Origin: the human T2T-CHM13v2.0 reference genome, Homo sapiens
Assembly (NCBI RefSeq): GCF_009914755.1
Contig: NC_060927.1
DNA length: 64,000 nucleotides
Strand: one strand, 5' to 3'
Below are positions 54,560 to 64,000 of the stretch, one piece after another. Numbering within the stretch: the stretch's first letter is position 1; every line of letters begins with the position of its first letter. The translations under genes and the position numbers were made by a program. The notes under the pieces are model-generated. The model ran no database searches. It was not told where the DNA came from and saw nothing but the letters and a program-made list of their open reading frames with translations.

Positions 54560-55200
54560 AGCAAGAGGAAGAGCAGGGTTGGAAGTCAGGGAGGGGTAAT
54601 CACTTCCATTTTGGACATATTGTGTATAAAATGTTGATGAATATTTAGGTGGAGATGTCTGTCTGGAAGTTGGATGTTGAACCTGAGGCTCAAGTACCAG
54701 ATCTGAACAAGAGGTGAAGATTTAGGTATCTTTAGCCTGCCAGTGGCAATTAATGCCGTAGAGATAGTAGTGAACATCACTCAAAGAAAATGTGCAGGCT
54801 GAAGTGAGGAGTACCAATATTTAAGATACATGCAGATAAAGAAAAGTCCAAAAAAGAGATACAAATGGGATGACCAGAGAGGCAGAGGGATAATGAAGAG
54901 TGAAAACCTCAGAAACCAAGAATGAGAGGGTTTCCAGGAGAGGGGAGAAGTGTCAACAACCACAGGGATGTTTGTTAAGATGAGTATTGGGAAATAGGCA
55001 ATGAATTGCACTTTTATTTTCTTAGTCTCATTCTTCCATCTCACAGAATAAATTTGAAATTAAGAGATCTTTGGGGACCTTGGCAGAACTGGGTTCGGTG
55101 GACTGGTGATAATGGAATGCAGGTGCTTTGGTTGAAGACTGAACATGAACTGAAAAAGGGGAGACACAGAATGAGTTTAGTCTACCATCTTGAGAAGGCT
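54560..55200. mobile_element. L2 fragment
   Basis: TTTTGGACATATTG...GTGGAGATGTC...TTGGAT L2-like blocks. Confidence 0.55.
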
Positions 55201-57269
55201 AGAAGGAAGTTATACACCGCCTCTCATCTGAGTGTAGTGTTACACTCGTGGCTATTTGAGAATGAGGAAAAATTCCCTTGCTAGCAACCACTATCCAATA
55301 AAAAGGCTGAATTTTAAAACGTCTTCTGTTAGCTCTCTATATGTAAAAGATGATTCTAAATTTTTTGAGAATTTTTTGAGCATGTACTTGTTCCTATGCT
55401 CTTTAAAAATGGTAAAATATTTCCACAGTTGCTGACCATCTAAGATGCATTTTCTATCACCAGTCTCATAAATATTCAGCTATTGTACCTTTCCCCAAAC
55501 AGCCAGCGATTTATTCATTACATTGAATTGCAATCTCACCCTTCCTTTCCGCTCCTTTGTAAAGAGATAGGCAATATTTCGGCAGTTTTTGTAACGCTTC
55601 TGTCTTGAGGGAATGTAAATATAAGCATAATTGATTTTCTGAACTTGATTTTTTTTCTATGTTCCAGTGCTTTATGCATTATAGGTAGGATGACTGACAA
55701 ATCAGCCCTGATTGGTAATTAGGATGCAGAATATATTAAAAGCATAGCACATATATCCAGTTTGCTCTCAGTGCAAACCCTGGAAATGTGAAGCTTCTCA
55801 ACGCTCTAGTGCTTGTTGTCTAATTACCTGCTCTTTTGCTTTGACTCAGCCATTCAGGAACTACAGTAGCTTAGTCTGGCAGTTTAGGGGTGATTGCTAG
55901 CTAAATGCTGGAATTCACTTTGCCCAACTTTGACTCATCTTTCCTTCCTCTTCCCCCTCTGAAATGACATTCTTCCTCAAAAAGCATTTCTTCCCTTCAC
56001 GTGTTGGCTGGATAATGAAGGCTTGTGTTCTCCCCCTTGTTTGAAGGCTAAATTCTCAAGGTAATTTTACTTCAAGGATTGGTGAAATAGGAATTCTGTC
56101 CCTTCCTTTTTCTAACTCCTGAAATAAATAGTTCTTTTTGTGTCAGTGTCAGTAATGGCAAGGCAAGATCCCTGGGGCTCCCATTCTTCCCTGCATCACC
56201 TCAGCAATCAGCCCATGGCCCTGAAAGGAGAGGCCATCTTTGCCTTTGTGTTGGAAATGAGAGTTCACTATTCACACCAGGAAATCTGTGGACACCTGGA
56301 AACTGAAAAGGAAAAATTGATTTTCTTTCACCTTCCCACGAATCTGAATGTCACTTCAGAAGCTCCCAAGATTTAATTGATCTGAGACAACTTCACAGCA
56401 ACTCCACCCCCTGTTGAATGATTAAGAATATTAATAAGGTTGAGGGCGCTGGCAACACTGAGAGGTAGGTATCTGCTTCTCCTCGCAGGGCCTCGTTATG
56501 AAGCATTTGGATAGAACTTCATTCTTACAAGTGCTTTAACCGAATTTCTCTTTGTGTGTTTGAAGGTGGCTTGGAAGCATCATTGAAGACTGAACTATAT
56601 AAAACTGCCAATATTTGTGTCTTTTTTGAACTGTAATGAAGGCAGTTTTATAAGATTCAGATTAATATTAGCTACTGCCAGAGAAATGGAAGTTTGAAGC
56701 TTGTATTGATGAAATGAATTCTGATTCCCCATCAAGAGTCTTTGTCCTTATAACTAATGAATTAGTAAAATAATTTATTTTTTCATTAACAGAACATTTG
56801 TTGTATATCTATTCTTCAGTGCTTAATTACCCAGTAGGCAGATCAGGCATGCATGTGGGGACCCATAAAATAAGGCATTGTGTTTTCTGTAATTTAGTTC
56901 AATATCATTCAGCATAGAAAGTATGACACATATGTGTGTGTTTAGTTAGTTTAACTTACCTCCAGGGGCACCTTGCTAATATTTGAAGAACCCTAATCAG
57001 AAATACACACTCTAGGGGAGATTAGTTAGCATTTGAAAGACTCTAATCAGGTAGCTACTCTAAACGTTTAACTCTCAGCAATCACAATTAGCACTAGAGG
57101 GTTTATTAACCAGCCTGAGGGATGCTAGTAATAATTTTAAATTAGTGAAATAAGTACTATTCAAGATAAGTATATTGGTTAGAAATAGGGCACAAGCACC
57201 ACTGCCTTGGCATGAACAGAATACAAGAATCTAGGGTGCTTCTGACCCAGGTCTGTTTCCCATTAGAAG

Positions 57270-58660
<1,391 letters not shown>

Positions 58661-59057
58661 AAGGAGAGCAAAAACTATTGGACAGGTGGTTTTGGAGAGA
58701 CAGAGTTGGCCAGAGCTCTGGTTTCTGTTCTGTATGTTAGTGGGACAGAACTCTATGGAAGTGAGTGTCAAGGAAATGAAGCAGGGCAAAGTAGTCCAAA
58801 AATGAAATGCTAAAGTATTAAAGATACATTAAAATAAATTATTAATTCTAAATCTTGTTCATTTTAAATGAAACAAATGCCTTGGTAGCTATATATTTTC
58901 AAATGCAACTTGAGAAGTGTTGGCATCTTTAACACAGGCTTATCATGTAAGCATCAAGCAGACAGAAGGTGTCTTGTGAACATGCTGGCTGCAGTGGCGG
59001 GGAGAGGCGCCATGACCAGCGAGGCCCTTTTATCTCTACTAGAACTCTGACAGGCCA

Positions 59058-59113
59058 CTTTATATGGGACATGGTTCCAGGAATGACATTCCATTACAAG
59101 TGAGTCAGCATTT
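59058..59113. promoter_or_regulatory. Candidate enhancer core: CArG-like, STAT GAS, palindromic TEAD pair, AP-1/ARE
   Basis: CTTTATATGG (59058-67), TTCCAGGAA (59075-83), GGAATG-A-CATTCC (59080-92), GTGAGTCAGCA (59100-10). Confidence 0.55.
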
Positions 59114-59369
59114 CTGGGACTGTCACAGCTTTACTGGAAAGTACAACCTTATCTTCCTGAACAATTACTTTCAGGAAATATGATGGAAAAAAATTTCAAA
59201 GCTCTGACCTCTCCAAATTTGCTCTTTATTTTTTCAAATTTCCTGTAGAGTTGCTCATAGTTTAAGAATTGTTTTCATTAGAAAATACATGTGGAGTCTG
59301 TTGGCAATTAAAGGCAGCCAAATCCTGCCCCAAAAGCAAAGGTGAGACATTGCCTAGGCTAGAGCCAAA

Positions 59370-59480
59370 AACATAGCTTTTGAGGACAGATTGGCTTGGG
59401 CATAAGTTCCAACCCTGTAATTCATTAGCTGTGTGACCTTGGAGATGAATTACTTAGCCTTTCTGAGACTCAATTTCTAC
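59370..59480 (+). mobile_element. MIR fragment
   Basis: TTAGCTGTGTGACCTTGG...TTACTTAGCCTTTCTGAGACTCAATTTC. Confidence 0.7.
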
Positions 59481-62052
59481 AGCCGTATAATCAGAGAAAA
59501 TAAAAACAACAGATATGTTGTGAAATAATATACATGAAATGTTTTGGAAGAAGTAGTTTGTTCAATAGCCAATAGTTTCTTTTTTTTTTTTTTTTGTATA
59601 TTGATTAGCTTGACTTGATTGGTTAAATTTGAGTAACATTTGTTCAGCACCCATGATGAGCAAAGTACTCTGTCCACATACACTGCAAAAAGGTAAGAAA
59701 TAGCCAGTATAAATGACGGTAAGTAAGTTCTTCATTTACACCAATAGCTCAAGAAAGAATGGAGTGAAACTGATGCAGGAGGGATTTAAAGTGAAGCAGA
59801 ATACAATTTCAAACCACAGTGAAATGCCATCAGGCCACTATAAAAAGAGTCAGTAAGAAATCTCTAGTGGAGATTTAAAAGAAAAGGATAGTAATTGTTA
59901 TTTTGAAATGATTTAAGCATCATCACCATGGTTTCATGTTATCTTTATTATTTTATATTCTCAGAGAGGCTTGGACCATTTCCATGTATTGAAGCACCCA
60001 GTGTATATACAAATGGAGAAATGTCAAAATAGGATTAAAAACTGTGCTGTATTAAAAAATATGTGTGTGTTTGTATATGTATATATATGATCAATTATTT
60101 CTTTTAACACCAAAATACAGTGTACTATAAATAAACTTTTCACAAGATAGTAACAAGATTGATTTTAAAAACCCTATTTCAAAGTGTACTATAGGCACTA
60201 TGAAGAACATGTTGTTTCAGTCTAGTCACTGTGTCTTTGGGAAGACTTTACAAACCTATGTTTGATGGGACTACACTGGCCCTTTGTGTATGTGAGGTCT
60301 GAGCCACAGTGGGGTGGCCACAGACTCGTGGTGATGGACTCCGACCAGTACCTCTGAAAGCACAACCCTTGGCATAACGTAGATGCTCAAGAAAACTTTG
60401 TTGAATTAATCAGTGAATTCCTATGTCCTGATTACCACTTACGAAGTGTGCTGAAGATCTTTAAAACTGGTGTGCTGCTAGGTTTGGGTAACAGTTTAAG
60501 ATTCCATTGTTACAAAGGGAAAGAACACATTGCCTTTGTGGGGCTTCTGCATTCTTTACATGGGTGACTGCCTTAGAGAGGGCTCGGTGCAGAGAAGAAG
60601 AGGGGAAGTGGAACATGATGAGGGACATGGACCAAGGAGCTCTCTCAGGCTCAGTTTGCTCGGGTTGTTACTGTTCAGAGTGCTTGAGGATTTTGGGGTT
60701 TTTATAATGCATAAATGACACAGCATCAACCCTGTAATATATTAATAGGAGAAGTTAATTCTATCAGCAGCAGCATTAGAGCATTTCTAATTTCCCTAGA
60801 AATTAAGAGAAATCATCTGTTTTTAAACAAAGGCTTTTTTTTTCTAATCTATAATGCCTGTTTTAAATAATAATTCAAAAGTGTGCTAACACCAGAGATA
60901 TGACCGCCATCTTTAGAGTTTGTGTATCTAGAGTAGATTATGTCAACTAACCTCATGCAAGATGCTTCCTGTCATTGCCAGACCACCTTCTCATCTAACT
61001 GTGACTCACTACTGACAGAGAAAGCAGGGTAAAGGATTTAAATCCTCCTCAAGTTGATGCAGCTTAGCAGGCTCAGCTTTGAAGCCCTCTGAGTCCGGAG
61101 GGCCTGGTTTTCCCATTCTACATGGAATAATGCTTCTGTTCATTCCCCCAAAGTAGGTAATTAATTCTTGGTAGTGTGGTGGAGAGAAGGTGAAGGCAAG
61201 TTGCTTTAGTTTTGAGTCTTTCAAAGACTCTGGTCTCCTTTACCCATGGGATCTTTAAGTATTCTGGTGCACAAGAGGTAGAAATAGTAGTAATGATAAG
61301 AATAGTAATAATAAGAATAATAAACTCATTATAGTCTTGTATTTAGGAATGACTCATCTACAAAAACCTGTGGATTTTTAAAAGTATGACTTATCTACAC
61401 ATCCTCCCTAAAAGTGAAAGAAAGATTCACTTCACTGAGGAAATTCAATTTAATGTACATACATTGAATGTTCAGTGTGTGCTTGATTCTATGTTAGGCA
61501 TTTTGTCTGGAAGAATATAAAGATGATTCTAGATTATGGTCTTTTTAAGCTCAAAATCTAACCATGGAGGCCGGCAGCACCTAAGTAAAGGAAGCCTTGC
61601 ATGTCTCAGTGCCAAAGCCCTGGCCCCATCATCTTGCTGACACTTCCCGTCTCCTTTCTCTCCTCCCTTCCCTCACTCACTTCAACTACCATTGACTGGG
61701 TGCCTGTTTTGTGTTAGGCCAGAGGCTAAGTGCTAGGGGTATGGACATGAATAAAATTCTGGAAATGTTCTCCAGAAGTGCACAATCTCACAGTGTCTTT
61801 CTCAAAAGCACCTAGGCCTCTTGCAAGCACCTGCGCATACTTCAAGGTAGTAAGAGGCCCAGATGCTTTGAGAAAGACACTAGGTGTGCATGTGTGTGGC
61901 CTGGAGCGCAGACACATCGGCCTCCACTCTTCCTCTGACTCTCTTCCCAGACACTTTCAGTGAGAAGAAAGTGGAGAGTAGGGCTCAGAAGAGATCTTCC
62001 CAAAATTCTTGATATGTCAAAAACCTTAACTTCCCTTTCTTTTGCTTAATAA

Positions 62053-62743
<691 letters not shown>

Positions 62744-63934
62744 ACTCATTCATGCACTACCCTGCACAAGTGAGAGTAGCTAGACTTTTCTACTTCATCT
62801 TTTTGAGGAAGCTCCGAGGTTTGAAAAGCTAAGGTAGCTAAAGACTAAAGATGTTTAGTTTTCCAAAAGTTGGGAAATGTGGGATCATCTTGAGCAGTTT
62901 GGTTGCTGAGGGACTTACAAGAGGATGAATGCCAGGAATCAGGCACCTTAAAGTCAGCACAGCTGATGAAAGATTATTTAGAGATTTGTGGAATGTAAGA
63001 ATCTAAGTATATCAATTATGGGTGGGTGAAAGATGTTTATATTTACTTGAACAACATAGTAGGGACATACAACTATCTACTAAATCAAGTTTAAATTCTG
63101 TAACCTAGATTTTGAGATCCTTTGTTGTTGATCTTTGATGGCATTCTAATTTGATTTCTTACTACTCCCCAGTTGACCTTCTATGCTTTGGCTGAATGAA
63201 CTGCCCCCTGAATGTATTTTCTCACCTCAGTGTGTTTGTTCATGCCAGAGGGAAGTCTCTTTGAGGATGCCTTTCTCCACCCGAATCCCTATCTTCCTAT
63301 TTATTCAAATCCAATCTATCCTTTATGCCCCATACCTCTGCTTTCATGAAATACTAATCTTTCCCAGCATGGAGCCACCTCCCTTTCTTTTGAAAGTCCA
63401 TTGCACCTAATTTGAATCTCTTTCAAGCTTGCATGACAATTTTCTTTTCATGTTCTCTCCTTTAATAGGCCATATGCACGTCAAGCCCAGGGTCTACATT
63501 CTGGATCATTTTTGCATCCCTTACAATGCCTTGTACATAGTAGAAACGCAATAAATATTTGATCAATAAATACATATTGTCATAAACTGAAATATCTGGA
63601 TAATAGATATTTTTGGCCATTATATTAAATTCTCAATTGTTTCAGTGGCTCTCTGTCATCTTTCTTCTAGATCTGATTCTTATCTTATAGCATCTTTTCT
63701 CATCAATTTCTAATTTCTAGTTACCCAGACTCCCTAGAGCTATTTCTGACCATTTCTTCTTCTTCTTGACTTCATAACTGGTAATTTCTATATCTTATTA
63801 ATTTTTTACTTAATAAGATCTGTTGTTGTCTAGATTTTAGTTGTCTGGGGTTTTCCAACAGCCTGATTGTTTGCCTGTAGGCTTGCCTTCTCTAACATCC
63901 CTTCCCACCACCCCACAAAGCCAGACTCATGTAT

Positions 63935-64000
63935 TGATATGGTTTAGATTTTTGTCCCTGCCCAAATCTCTTGTTGAATTGTAATCCCTAATGTTAGAGG
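63935..64000 (+). mobile_element. Start of MST-type MaLR LTR, truncated by window end
   Basis: TGATATGGTTTAGATTTTTGTCCCTGCCCAAATCTC. Confidence 0.8.

Overview
Primate, most likely human, AT-rich genomic DNA; no prokaryotic features. Bases ~1-23,230 hold the 3' end of ECT2 (RhoA GEF) on the + strand: seven GT-AG coding exons that splice in frame (end of DH domain, PH domain, polybasic C-tail ending ...STTHLI*), an alternative in-frame terminal exon (73 aa), and a ~1.2 kb 3'UTR with AATAAA. The remaining ~41 kb is intergenic and repeat-rich (Alu, L1, L2, MIR, MaLR/ERVL LTRs, Tigger fossils), with a full-length processed ATP5MC1 pseudogene on the - strand. I found no convincing wholly new biological system. 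The strongest observations are: a ~3.8 kb fossil inversion reconstructed from three nested broken transposons (25.3-29.5 kb); a ~260 bp local templated duplication in ECT2 introns; the alternative ECT2 C-terminus; and a compact CArG/STAT/palindromic-TEAD/AP-1(ARE) motif cluster at ~59.06-59.11 kb. Repeat subfamily names come from recalled consensus sequences, not a RepeatMasker run. Boundaries of old repeats are approximate.
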